Assembly (NCBI GenBank): GCA_047495785.1
Contig: JBLDXI010000025.1
Coordinates: forward strand, 1,674,001-1,738,000
DNA length: 64,000 nt
Direction: 5' to 3'
Source: Lepidodermella squamata
Taxonomy: Eukaryota > Animalia > Gastrotricha
Position 1 is the stretch's first letter, and the number at the start of each line of letters is the position of its first letter. This document shows positions 33,993-45,102 of this stretch, piece after piece. The position numbers were made by a program, and so were the translations under genes. The notes below the pieces were generated by a model, which worked only from the letters and a program-made list of their open reading frames with translations, was not told the origin of the DNA and did no database searches.

Positions 33993-34398
33993 ATGTTCAA
34001 GCCTGTTTTCATCCTTTTCGGGGTTATTCTGACCGTCGCTCTGGTTGCCGCAGCTCCTGCTCCGTCCGAAATTGATGCTTTCTCTGAGCACTGCCCAGCG
34101 CTGTGTTCAAAGCCGAAACGGGCCTACAAAAGCACTGAGGAATGCATGAACGAGTGCATGTAAGTGTTGCAATGTTTCATTCTGTTCACTGGTGTATATT
34201 ATTTTTAAAACAGTTGCACTTCATATTGCGTGATTTTCGAATCTCTAAGCGAATGGCCTCTTTCTGTCTGGTATGTTAAAAAGATACTCAAAATTACATC
34301 ATAAATAAATGCTTTGATACAGTATGCCGAGGTGCGAGAAGGCTAGACCTTACAAGTCGAAGAACTTCTTCAAGAAGATGGAAAAACTTCTGTATTAG
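33993..34398 (+). CDS. Secreted 8-Cys protein, family B member 4 (introns 34160-34213, 34271-34322); absent from the ORF track
   Basis: MFKPVFILFGVILTVALVAA signal, HCPALC-x12-CMNECICTSYC-x13-CMPRC...PYKSKNFFKKMEKLL. Confidence 0.88.
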
Positions 34399-34583
34399 CA
34401 ATCGATTTTATTATAAAAAAAATAACGCGCACCGGATATAAGATAGTACTTCCATTGAAAACATGAGAGACTTATGATTGCATAGACCAGCTAGATATTT
34501 TTTTTCAAATTAGTCCATTGTAAAAGAACTTATATTTATATCACTCGATCATACTGATATCTGATATATGCAACTAGCAGGCT

Positions 34584-35988
34584 CTAGCAAACATTATGTC
34601 CGCATCGGTAAAACGTTATATTCGCGAGAATAAAAAATGTCAGTGAGATGAAGAACAGCATCAAGTCGATAATATCGACGATTCTCAGCTTGAAGCCGCT
34701 GCTGCAGGCTATACACGGCATTCGAAGTCGTTTATAGTTCCCGAGGAGGCGGCAAATCAATAAAGAGTAAATAGTAATCATCACACCAATCGCCATCTGC
34801 ACCTCATAATACAGGGTGATGTATAGGATTTCAGACGTTTGAGGAATGGAAGAGGTGAATAGACTCTGGAAAACGGCTAAAGCGACAAAACCGGTTATTG
34901 AAAACGCTGATCTATCCGTCGTCTCGGGCGGCATTAATACTGTCGACATTTGGAGGAGCGAAAGAAGAGTTGTTGGAATGAAGATCGTTCCAGCATACGA
35001 TTCTGAAATTCGGGAAACAGCGAAGGTTATCGAGAAATTGTGGGTGTTAATATTAGTGGAGAAATTATCCAACTGCCAAATACTGTTTTTCAGCAGGGTC
35101 TCAAACATTTCGACCGATAAATCTTCGTCGACGAGTTCGTCCTGAAAGATGAAGTCGTGGTAGTTGTAACGGCCTAGGGTGATTGAACACTTCTGCCGGT
35201 CGAATGGGAAGGTTTTGAAAGAAAGCTTGCAAGCTGAGTCTAACCGCATGCTGACCTCCCAATGAGCCCTTGCATCAGCCGTGACAACTATATCTCTGCC
35301 ATTGCTTTAAAAAGACTAGATTTAAGAATGAAAAAGGAGGGAACATATTCTTACGTCTCAAAAACGTCCGGCTTGCTGATCGCGTTGATATGCCTCACAG
35401 CAGGGTGCCACATGTCAGTTTTCCGAAATCGGCATTCCGTGATGTTTTTGTTATACGGCAAGGGAGGAGGAGATACCGAAACAGAAGCATTCGTAGTTGC
35501 CTGCGTTGTCCGATTCGATGCTGCTAATGAATTTAAATACTGCTCCTGGGTCCATATCCAACGTGCACAACGAGGCAGTTGCCAGCTGAAAATGAAAGTG
35601 CCAACCACAGAGAATCTGAAACATTCCTATAAAAAGTTTTCTATCGGTTAAAATCATCATACTGATGCTGAAGATCGTCTATGCCAAGGAAGTGGGTAGG
35701 TCTAAAGTCGACACGAACGCGAACTCTGACATTTGTTCCACTAGTTGGCCTAGCTGTTCGACTTGACAGATAAGGGCATGTAGACGCAACTTTGTAGCAG
35801 AACGCATCGTCTGGCGCCAACTCATCGGCAGTATATGATCTCAAGAAAAATTCCCTCGTATCTCGTGGATGCTGCGAGGCCGGGGCAGCACTTGCTGTAG
35901 TTGTAGTTGATGCTAACGCCAGACCAGCGAGTATAGCGAAACTGAAAATTCCGTAGGTAGTTGCAAAGTGCAATCTGAGGTATCGCAT
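34584..35988 (-). CDS. Divergent Cys-loop ligand-gated ion channel subunit (multi-exon)
   Basis: Signal peptide, ARP...V.V, WHP.V, Cys-loop CKLSFKTFPFDRQKC, four TM segments with PPETTDRSAFSIT, very short M3-M4 loop, no YxCC. Confidence 0.85.
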
Positions 35989-37107
35989 TGATTTGTTCTC
36001 AGGCTTGTGGTTAATGTCGATATGAGGTGATGCTCGGTTGAGTGAGCCGATATCTTCATCTCTCAAAACTACCATAGTTGCAAATCGACCGTGATGTTAT
36101 GCTTGCCAAGCTGACTTCGAGCGATTGCAGCACAGTGAATGTAATGATTTGAACCAGCAGGGATTCGGGTATTTTATCGCAACGATCTGTCCGAACGAGG
36201 GTGATGAAGTGATTTATCTGGAAAGCATTGATCAGCATCAAGTGTAGTGCGGCCACCATCGGAATGAACATCGACTGTATTCCGGCAATCGCCGTTATAG
36301 CGATAATTGCACTCCTACTATGCTTATTAGTCATGTAGCAGTAGCGATCGTTCGCGGGAGCGCTCTTTCCAGCTTTTTTCTAGCCCATGTCTGCGTATTG
36401 TTTTCTTAAGGTTATACTGCTGTGCGCAATAACCATGATTGATAGCGTTACTTACACACGACTTACTATTATTTCTGTTCATCATCTATCATCTCTTGTA
36501 TTTTCCCTTGGGTATTATTCGTGTTTTCTTCTATGCTATTTCAACGAAGGAGTCGTGGATTCTGTAAATGTGAGAGATCATTCAATCCTGGATTCGTGAC
36601 AAAATTTGAGTGAAATGACTCATTATGGGATAACTCTAGAACATTCCTTGCGGGGTAGAAGTCATTCATGAAATGGAATGTTGTAAAACCCTACAAGACA
36701 TGTCTAGTTTTAAGTGTTTTTCTAATTTAATCCTAGGATTGACCTCGTGAGCTCGTTTACGATGAAAAGTTTCATTCATGAATATCCGCCAACGACAAAC
36801 TGTCACAAATAAGGTCGCTGACACTAGGATTTCGTGTGGATTCCTTGCCAAACGGCTGATCTGAATTCACTGACCGTTGAGTCACGGGCGCAACGAGGCG
36901 AAACTGGATGCTATTTTCGATTCGCATGACCTAAAATAAGAAAAAAAGCGAGGGTGCAAATTGATTTCATTATCCGGGAAATATTGCTGCAACCGTGAAG
37001 TTAGATCCCTACGCTAGTTCAAAATGTTTAAAGGGCTTCAGTATATAACCGGCTTGCATATATAACTACTCAGTTTTCTCACATTCTCACATTCATAGCT
37101 GCGAACG

Positions 37108-37549
37108 ATGAAGGTGTATGCTGCGTTTTTGACGTTGATCGTCGCTGCTCTGAAGGTTGCTTCGGCGACCGACGATGATTGGTACGCTCATGGGAGTCAC
37201 AAAACTCAATGGGCTGATCTTGAGTCTTTGTATGAGGTAGGCTTCTTTTATTCTCTATCATGAGCTATATTCAATTACTAAAATTCAAAATTCATTTTCC
37301 CAGGCTCAAGTAGCGCAAGAACATGCAAACAAACTCGCAGCAGAGACTCTTCATACTTTCAGCACTGATGACAACGGATCCATAACATCGTCAATGTGGC
37401 CAAAGGTCAGACTTGTTTATCTTGGCTACGGATGTGGAGAAGAATTCGCTAGCGCCCCTGAAAATTGCGGCTTAATTGTCACAAAATGGGCAGTAATAGA
37501 TGCGCCCGGTTCCCCTGAACGCATTTTCACAATGAGGAAGTCCGATTGA
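37108..37549 (+). CDS. Orphan secreted protein (~125 aa, 2 Cys), 2 exons; absent from the ORF track
   Basis: TATA boxes at ~37043 and ~37059. MKVYAAFLTLIVAALKVASA signal. A GT-AG intron joins ...DLESLYE|AQVAQEH...GYGCGEEFASAPENCGLIVTKW... in frame. Confidence 0.75.
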
Positions 37550-38616
37550 ATAATGCGCTATTTTAATATGTTCAGTTTGGTTCAAATTATTCGAAAAATA
37601 GCTAACCTTCAAGGTTTCCAAGGTATCTAGTCTCAGTCTGACACTTGAAAAATTTCAAATAAATAAATTTTGCGAATAACACTGAGCTATGTATCACCCA
37701 TGGTAAATAGTAACGGAAATAATCCGCTAATGACGCGCAATGTTGTTGGCCGCAGCGGCAGTCGTGAAGTCGTGAAGTCGTGTAGGGATTCTCTGGGATA
37801 TACCAAGAGTCATTGGAGACGAGCCGCAGCTAAGTTAGTGATTTTGGATAACAGGGAAATCCCGAATACATTGCTCACGATATGAACCATTTGGAAAGCT
37901 TGAACCTTTGTCATCACTGATGCTTTATGAATTGTCATTTTCCACTGAACTGTGATGTTTACGATCCCGATTTTCATTTAATTTGTTCGCCGATCTTACT
38001 GCAACTGCAAATAATAGGTTTTCAATTACAAGTTTGATTGCTATTAGAAAATTCACCATCATCACTAGTAAGTAGTAAGAGATAATTTACATAACAGAAA
38101 ATACTCTTCCAGCTGAGATGAACGAGCTGTTACATTTTTGTTTTCAAGTTTTGGCGCCAACTAGGTCTAAATGCGTAACTAGGTCGGCTTTTATCGCCAA
38201 GCAACATCAGGATTTGAAATTTGAACAACATTTTGTGCTCTGGTTTCAGTGCCCGGCGCAAAACAAAAATATTTAAGCACTAGTCTGGCCAATGGCGTTT
38301 TTTCCAATAAAGCATTAAAATGTTCGTATTATTTAGGCTTGCTGCATACCCATTTTTTCTGAATAAAATCGATACCTATCTGGCCTGTTCTCGCTGTTGA
38401 TCGATCGATTTTCACGTTCTTATAAAAGGACGGCGAGTGCAAACTAGAAAAAATACATTCACAATTCCATTATTCGCTTTATGTGCCGATTTCAACAACG
38501 ATTTTTTGAAATTATATGCTCAGCTTCCCAGTGTCTCTAAAGAGAACTCTACTCCACTTTGAATGAACTTGCTGGAAGTAAAATTCTGGAATAATCTAAT
38601 AGGTTTATAACTGAAA

Positions 38617-39246
38617 ATGGAATCAGAATTTGTCAAATCGGCCCTCGCCACAATATTGCTGATAGTGCCAAGTGAAATTGGTGATCGTACGTTCTTCCTG
38701 GTCGCCGCGATGGCCATGGAATCAGACAAGCTACTCGTCTACCTTGGTGCAATGTCAAGCTTATCGATTATGCACGTTCTATCGACTTTGCTCGCCTTTG
38801 CGTCTATATTGATCCCGCCATTGGCTACTAAACTTGCCTCAATCGCCACCTTTCTGTACTTCGGCGTAAAACAAATTAGAAAAGCGCCCAAGAAACCACG
38901 TTCTTTGCCGTCAAACATTCTGGAGGACTGCAAAAAAGATTGCGATAAAACTGTTTCAGAGCCTAAAATGGCCGGGATGATATCGCCAATATTCATCAAG
39001 GCTTTTGTGACTAATTTTCTCGCCGAGTGGGGCGATAATTCCCAGATTGCGACTGTCGCTTATGGCGCAAGCGGTTCTGACTTTTATGGAACTGTCGTTG
39101 GTGGAATTATTGCTCATGGATTTTGTAATTTTCTTGCGGTGATATTCGGGCATTTTATTGCTAAAATGATGTCGCCTAGAGCTCGGGCTTACATAGAAGG
39201 GGTGATATTCTTGTTGTTTGCAGCAATTACTGCTTCAAGATTGTGA
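38617..39246 (+). CDS. TMEM165/GDT1 (UPF0016) Ca2+/Mn2+ exchanger-family protein, intronless
   Basis: Two E-phi-G-D motifs (SEIGDRTFF, AEWGDNSQIAT) in 3+3 TM repeats. Confidence 0.88.
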   Translation: MESEFVKSALATILLIVPSEIGDRTFFLVAAMAMESDKLLVYLGAMSSLSIMHVLSTLLAFASILIPPLATKLASIATFLYFGVKQIRKAPKKPRSLPSNILEDCKKDCDKTVSEPKMAGMISPIFIKAFVTNFLAEWGDNSQIATVAYGASGSDFYGTVVGGIIAHGFCNFLAVIFGHFIAKMMSPRARAYIEGVIFLLFAAITASRL

Positions 39247-39342
39247 CACGATAATATAGCTTTTGAGAAACTTCAACGCTTTTAAAGAAGATGCAGGATA
39301 AATAAATGATTTCTGAGATAAAAAAGTCATTATTTGAGTTAA

Positions 39343-40654
39343 TTAACTGCAAATTCTATGATCGGGCGATGATGTGGATAGTATACGCGGCATCCTTACC
39401 TCAGATTATACTGATTGTTTGCCAAGGTTTGCTGGTTAGCGTTTGAGGGTTTGCCATTAGTCACAACGGTAGTTAGGTCATCGATGTAGCAACTAAAGCT
39501 CCTCATAACGCATCTTCTGGTATCGGGGTAATAGCTGAAGCTTGTGCATCGTTTGCGGCCTGCAAACCCGAACTTGCCAGTTATGCAGCGGCTCTCGCAC
39601 TCGCTATGCGTAACGTCCGAAATATTCAAGGGTACGTTATTTTCAACGGTATCTAGGAAAGAATTTGAGATGGCGTGTGCCAATGCTACTGAAAAGCTAA
39701 CAATCCTTCCATATTTTCTTGAAATAATCGGCGTCCTTATTCGCAGATGTGGAAAATTTGATAATGTAGATTGTGCCATCGTAGTTGCTGCCCTTATTCG
39801 AACCGATTGAAACTATCTTGGAGTTATCCAGTTCACCCGGCGACTGGACTCTTTTGGCTTCTGTTTTAGCCTACATATGGCAAAACGAAGCACAGTGCCC
39901 TCAGTCATGCAAAGCTTACCTTCATCTCTCCATTCAAATAAAAAATAGCTGTTTCTGTATCGTAAACCATGGCAATGTATTGCAGCTGATTACCAGTTGG
40001 TACTTTCCACGGAATAGATGAGTCATCGTATACAGCTAAAAAATTGACACGTTAAGAGACATCTTTTCTAATTTTTGTTGGAGCCATACCTCCAGGCATC
40101 TCGAAGTTTATCTTATCGAGAGTCGAGGAGAAATCAGGAAATGAGACTGATGTTTCCTGCAATACAACTGTTTATAATCGAGTCGGAATAATTTTGCAAA
40201 ACAAACGTCGTTGTAAATAGGTCCAACCCCCGCCTGTACTGTAGCCCAGATTTCAAGAACGTATTTTCCTTCTGATCCCCATTCATAATCTCCAGGATCG
40301 AAGCTGATATTTGACCCAGGCTGCATTTTAAGACCAATCCAACAAAACGACGGGTCTGGGGAATCAACGCCCACTCTTGTGGATGCCAGGGATTCAGCTG
40401 TAAAAGATTGAGTTACGTATTCATTTACTGCTTTTGCAAAGGATCTCACGCTGCGAATAGACGCCATCTCTAGCGCTATTTCCCCTGCTTGGCACTTGAT
40501 CACCAGCACTGTATGAGGCGGTGGTTGAATCGAAAGTCAGCTGGAAAAGAGTGTCGCTGAAGCTGTCAACATCAGTGCTGAGTAAGGCCGTGCCTGTGGC
40601 AATGAAGCCTATAAAGATTGCGCTAGTCAACATTTTTGCCATTAAAGCCTTCAT
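39343..40654 (-). CDS. Secreted protein: partial C-type lectin + LamG-like + PAN/Apple domains; apparent frameshift near 40495 (possible pseudogene)
   Basis: Signal peptide, SY..A...CQ...MASIRS and CWIGL (CTLD), YIAMVYD...FYLNGE (LamG-like), ECESRC...CTSFSYYPDTRRC (PAN). ~50-nt introns join the later exons, but none explains the first frame change. Confidence 0.65.
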
Positions 40655-40849
40655 CTTTGAAAGCGAATTTCCAGATAATTCTGGCAGGTATGGGTGGCTC
40701 AGTCTGTTTACTAAAACATTTCGTTGCTCCCATGAAAACGCTCTCACCACGCGCCTTCAATCACGCTAGCTATTGATCTGTATAATCCGATAAATCGAAA
40801 CACTCAAAACCATTGATTTTTTATTCTTTTTTTGAAATCTGCTGAGATC

Positions 40850-41269
40850 TTAGTTTACTGGTGTAATGCAGTAGTTAGAGTAAAGCTGTACATCACTGAG
40901 CAAGCCGTTCATGATACGCGAGAGATTCTTGGAATTCCGCTTCGGCGCCGATGCAAGTCTAGCTACAACATAAGATTTCGCGCAGACATATCGCATGATC
41001 ATCGTGCAGCGGGATCTGTGCGATCGCTGTGTCATCAAACTAGACATAAAAGTGTCGTAGGACATGTCAGCGAGTCCAGACAATGATTTCGGATCCATGT
41101 GCACGCAGTGGCGGGCGAGGAAGGAATCGGCTTGTTTTGATAAAGGGTTTGACTTTCCCGCGATCAACTGCTCAGCGCTTAAATTTGATGAGCTAGCTTC
41201 CACGTCCGCTTCTTGGCTCGATGTATAGCTGGAAGCAATCAGGGAGAGAAAAATTATTCCTGATTTCAT
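40850..41269 (-). CDS. Secreted 4-Cys protein, family A member 7 (intronless, displaced ~12 kb from the array)
   Basis: Signal peptide, FLARHC-x32-CTMIMRYVCAKS...SDVQLYSNYC. Confidence 0.88.
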   Translation of the reverse strand: MKSGIIFLSLIASSYTSSQEADVEASSSNLSAEQLIAGKSNPLSKQADSFLARHCVHMDPKSLSGLADMSYDTFMSSLMTQRSHRSRCTMIMRYVCAKSYVVARLASAPKRNSKNLSRIMNGLLSDVQLYSNYCITPVN

Positions 41270-42154
41270 TATTAAAATCTAAAATCTAAAATTAAAGAAA
41301 AAATTGATACGGCATCATAACTGCTGGGATTGACGTCATTCACACCTTACGCACCCTGCTCCCTGGCAAACCCATTCCACCGTGTGAAATTTACGCGAAA
41401 GCACCTACGCATTTGCGGGGATATTGCACGACAGGCTTCGGTGAGCAGATTATTTGCTTAGTCTAGCGATGCATATTTATTGATGCCCGAAACTTGCCGG
41501 CGCCTGGCTTCGCTTTTATTGAAAGCGAGGGTGGAAATAAAAACTAACCTTGACTGACTCAGGTGCACATCAAGCGCATCAAGGCGCCCATATGCCTATT
41601 TGCACCTTGAAAAATATTGGATATAGCTATATGACAGTTTGGATTATTTATGAAGCCTGCTCGACCACAAAGGGCAATGCTTACACTGTTGAAACGAAAC
41701 GTTAGATCCTGGAAATTAAGGAGGCGCTCAGGGGCGAGTTGTTTACGGAGCAAAGCTACATGATACTCAGCTTTTCGATTTGCGTCGTATGAAATGTGAT
41801 ATGTGGGAGCGAGTGACTATTTGCCTGTTTGTTGGCTAATTATAGAAATTCCCCGGTCATGTTTGTGCATAATTAATCCCACTAACAGCCTTTGAAAGAG
41901 CTCTAAAATCTAAACTATAGGATACGTATCCTGTTCAAAACAAGTGGGATCGCTCTTTTTGCAATGTCGTCAGCAGTTACAATTTAATAGCCAGCAGCCA
42001 GTCTGGAACAGAGTACTTAATCACGCTAATGTAAAAAGCAGATCCCACGGCTCGTTTTGAGAGCGACGAAGGAGGATGAGCTGTCAATATGACTGAGTCA
42101 TTCACAAAAAGATACTCGCTAAATCGATGCATTTATTACCATAAAAACAAATAG

Positions 42155-43528
42155 CTAAATGTAAATTGGCTTCAAACAGTGCCCAGGACCGCATGAATTA
42201 GCACAACACATCAGACCGATCGAGCAGTCGCCATCTACTACACACTCAACTTTACAAATGTCGTCGTAGTTCAGAGTGATTCGCGGGCATATAGCACGAC
42301 GCATTGGCATTGGCGTTGGCGTAGTAGTAGTCTTTTCGGCAAACCTTGTATCGGCTTCCATAAAAGGGTCGAGGGAGCAGCAGCCATTCTCGCAGCAAAC
42401 ACGGCCCGAACCACACTGCTCGTCGCTTCGGCAGTTGCACGTTTCGCTGGTTAGGCTTTCATTTTCCGGGCAAATTGGGACGTGCATCATTTTCCCGGTT
42501 GAAGCTGCCCTTGAAAAAAAGTAATCTGGAGCTGCTGTTAGGCTTGGCGTTGAAGTAACACTACCCCTTGGCGTGCCAATAACGATTCTTATCCTGGGCG
42601 GTGTTGCTTCAGACCACGGCGAGAACGCTGTCCTACGGCTTGTAATGAGTTGGATCAAAGAAGTTGTAGTGGTTCTTAAAGTGGTTGTAGTGGTTCTCGT
42701 AATTCTTCTTAATGTTGTAGGATATATTGGGTACATGCAATGGCCAGGTCCACATGGATTTGAGCAGCACAGTTTCATCCCCGGGCAATCGCCATGGGTC
42801 TGGCAGTCAACCTCACATGTTCCTTCCATAGCAGCCTCAACAGGAGGGCAAACTCCGTCCTTGTCATCGTAGTAGTAATAATCGTCATCATCGGCAACAG
42901 GATATGTTACAGAATTAGGTTTAGCCGAAGTCCTGATAGGCCTCGGCCTGCTTGTTGTATATCGTAGTGCCGCTTGTTGGGTTGGAGCTGCTACACAGCG
43001 ACCGGCTCCGCATTGATTTTGACAGCACAGCAGCAGTCCAGGGCAGTCATAATCTTCACGACACTCCGTTTCACAAGTTCCTAGATAGCCAGACTGAGAT
43101 GTAGGGCAAGCCCCTGGCTTTTTCCTTGTCGTAGTTTCCTTTGTCGTCGTTGGCACTGTGGTAGTTGATCTAGTAGTCAATGTAGTAACTCGTGTCGAAG
43201 TTCTTTGCGTAGACCAGAAAATGCCACGTGCGGAACTGTTTGATCTGTTAGCGAGATAAACAAGGATAGGGACCATGCACTCCAGGCCACATCCATTTGA
43301 GCAGCACATTAAACGGCGCTCCTCGCATTTATTGCATTCATTTCGACAGTTGGGTCGTTCGCTCATCGTCACTCCAGGGCACTCGTACATCATCCCTTGA
43401 ATAGTGGTCAACCGGCCGATGATAGGTTGGCTGTTGATAGGAGCATAGCTTGAAACGAAGATGATTATACCAAAAATTGTGCATGAAACACAGCTCTGCT
43501 TGCCCACGTAAAAATCCATTAATCGCAT
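42155..43528 (-). CDS. Secreted multi-WAP (four-disulfide core) protein with Thr-rich linkers, intronless
   Basis: Repeated CP...C...C..D.DCPG..LCC.N.CG...C (for example KPGACP...CETECREDYDCPGLLLCCQNQCG), about 5 domains, with mucin-like Thr/Arg spacers. Confidence 0.9.
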   Translation of the reverse strand: MRLMDFYVGKQSCVSCTIFGIIIFVSSYAPINSQPIIGRLTTIQGMMYECPGVTMSERPNCRNECNKCEERRLMCCSNGCGLECMVPILVYLANRSNSSARGIFWSTQRTSTRVTTLTTRSTTTVPTTTKETTTRKKPGACPTSQSGYLGTCETECREDYDCPGLLLCCQNQCGAGRCVAAPTQQAALRYTTSRPRPIRTSAKPNSVTYPVADDDDYYYYDDKDGVCPPVEAAMEGTCEVDCQTHGDCPGMKLCCSNPCGPGHCMYPIYPTTLRRITRTTTTTLRTTTTSLIQLITSRRTAFSPWSEATPPRIRIVIGTPRGSVTSTPSLTAAPDYFFSRAASTGKMMHVPICPENESLTSETCNCRSDEQCGSGRVCCENGCCSLDPFMEADTRFAEKTTTTPTPMPMRRAICPRITLNYDDICKVECVVDGDCSIGLMCCANSCGPGHCLKPIYI

Positions 43529-43693
43529 TTGTGTAAAATTACTATCTTATTAATTTCGTGTTGTTGTGCTATAACTACGAGGACTGGGCTGCTGGTCATT
43601 AGTGCCCACTTGAGGCGTAAGGTTAACACGGTTTATAATGACGTTGGCGTGATTCATAACTAATTATGATAATGAGCTGATGATTACAAACAG

Positions 43694-44205
43694 CAGGGGT
43701 TTATCCAGCTTTTTGTCCGAGGGGATGGGTTGAAAAATCGAGGGGTTTTGGAGGTGAAATACAATTTAGCGCTCGCTCGCGAATAGCTACTTTTTCGACC
43801 CTATTATTCCATTTCATACCATTTTTATGAATAAAATAGCGCGATATGTTCGTTTTATAGATTTTTGTGGCTTTGTGCGGTGCGCGCGCTTAAATTTGGC
43901 CCTCAAAATGCGGCACGCAATACCTGTTACGCAACCAGCATTAGTGCGCGCGCTCATTATCATAGTCACAAGCTAAAGCTGAATATGCAAATTAGTATAA
44001 CAGTACTGTTTTAACTGTTTCGAGAAGGTCGATTAAAGAAAATACCATAATTCACTAACTGCGGTATGTTCTCTCAAGGCTGCCGCCCCTACGGGATCAG
44101 TCATGAATCATACAATACTGTCACTGGCCTTAATATTTAGGGGATGACCGCTCGGTTTGAGGGGATGGCCAGGGGGTGGTTAGGGGATGGCTGGATAAAT
44201 CTCTG
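43694..44205. mobile_element. hAT-type MITE, 512 bp
   Basis: 16-bp TIR CAGGGGTTTATCCAGC versus rc CAGAGATTTATCCAGC, with a perfect 8-bp TSD ACAAACAG at 43686-43693 and 44206-44213. Confidence 0.9.
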
Positions 44206-44251
44206 ACAAACAGCATGCATTTTCAATTGAAACTTTATTCTTTAGTCGCCT

Positions 44252-45102
44252 TCACACATAAATCGGATCTTGGCATCCCCATCCGCAGCCATTTGAGCAG
44301 CACAATTTCCCGATAGCAAGGCAAGCCGCAGAACAATTAGGGAGAACACTGCAGTCCCCGACAATGGGATTGTCAGGGCCGAGAACAGGACGAGGGCACA
44401 CGGCCTTCAACGGTGTCGTAGTCGGTGTCACAGCAGGGGCAGGAGTTGTGATATTGATGTATAATGGGTTCACACAAACCCTGAGACATCCATAGTTGCA
44501 GCAGAGCTTTCTCTGCGGACCACAGGCGTTGTTACACATATCCCCGCAAATCGGAGGATAATTCTCCGGTGGGATAACTGGGCAAGTCGGGAAAGACCCT
44601 GCCGTTACACCGAGTGTTGTCGACTGTGTAGTAGCTGCCGTCGAAACACTCATAGCAACAGTCATTGGACGTTTGCATACGGTGCCACCACAGCTACCAG
44701 AATCACAGCAAAGCTGCCCGCGTGTCTCGCAATCGAAACACATGTTAGCACATGTTGCTGGTTCGTCGGGGCGAAATGGCGGACAAACTTGTCGGAAGTA
44801 AATGCCTTTCGGGGTGACTGTTACTCCTGCTTTTGGTTCACAGGACACTCGATAGCCATCTACGTAGAACCGAGCCTCGCAGCGATTGTTACAGTAGAAA
44901 GGCCGACAAAATGCGTTTGGATAAGCTGGCAAAAACAAGAAATTCAGTAATTTCTCTTAAAATCCTTGCTTTAACCTTGACATTGAGCATTCTCGCAAGG
45001 ATCATTGCAATAAGCAGGCCTACTGCATGGCCTTGGATTACTTGATACCAGACAAGCACAAAAAGCGAGGAGATGGAGCAAAGTAAAAATAGTATTCGTC
45101 AT
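44252..45102 (-). CDS. Secreted Cys-rich protein with three WAP-like domains (intron 44926-44975)
   Basis: Exon 1 MTNTIFTLLHLLAFCACLVSS...YCNDPCENAQCQ|AYPNAFCRPFYCNNRC, then CP...C...C..C.....CC..GC...C repeats. The C-terminal PIYV resembles PIYI of the neighbouring gene. Confidence 0.85.

Noticed and set aside
36056-36334. 92-aa hydrophobic ORF upstream of the Cys-loop gene
   Set aside because: No motif or splice support, and the receptor already has its own signal peptide from 35988.
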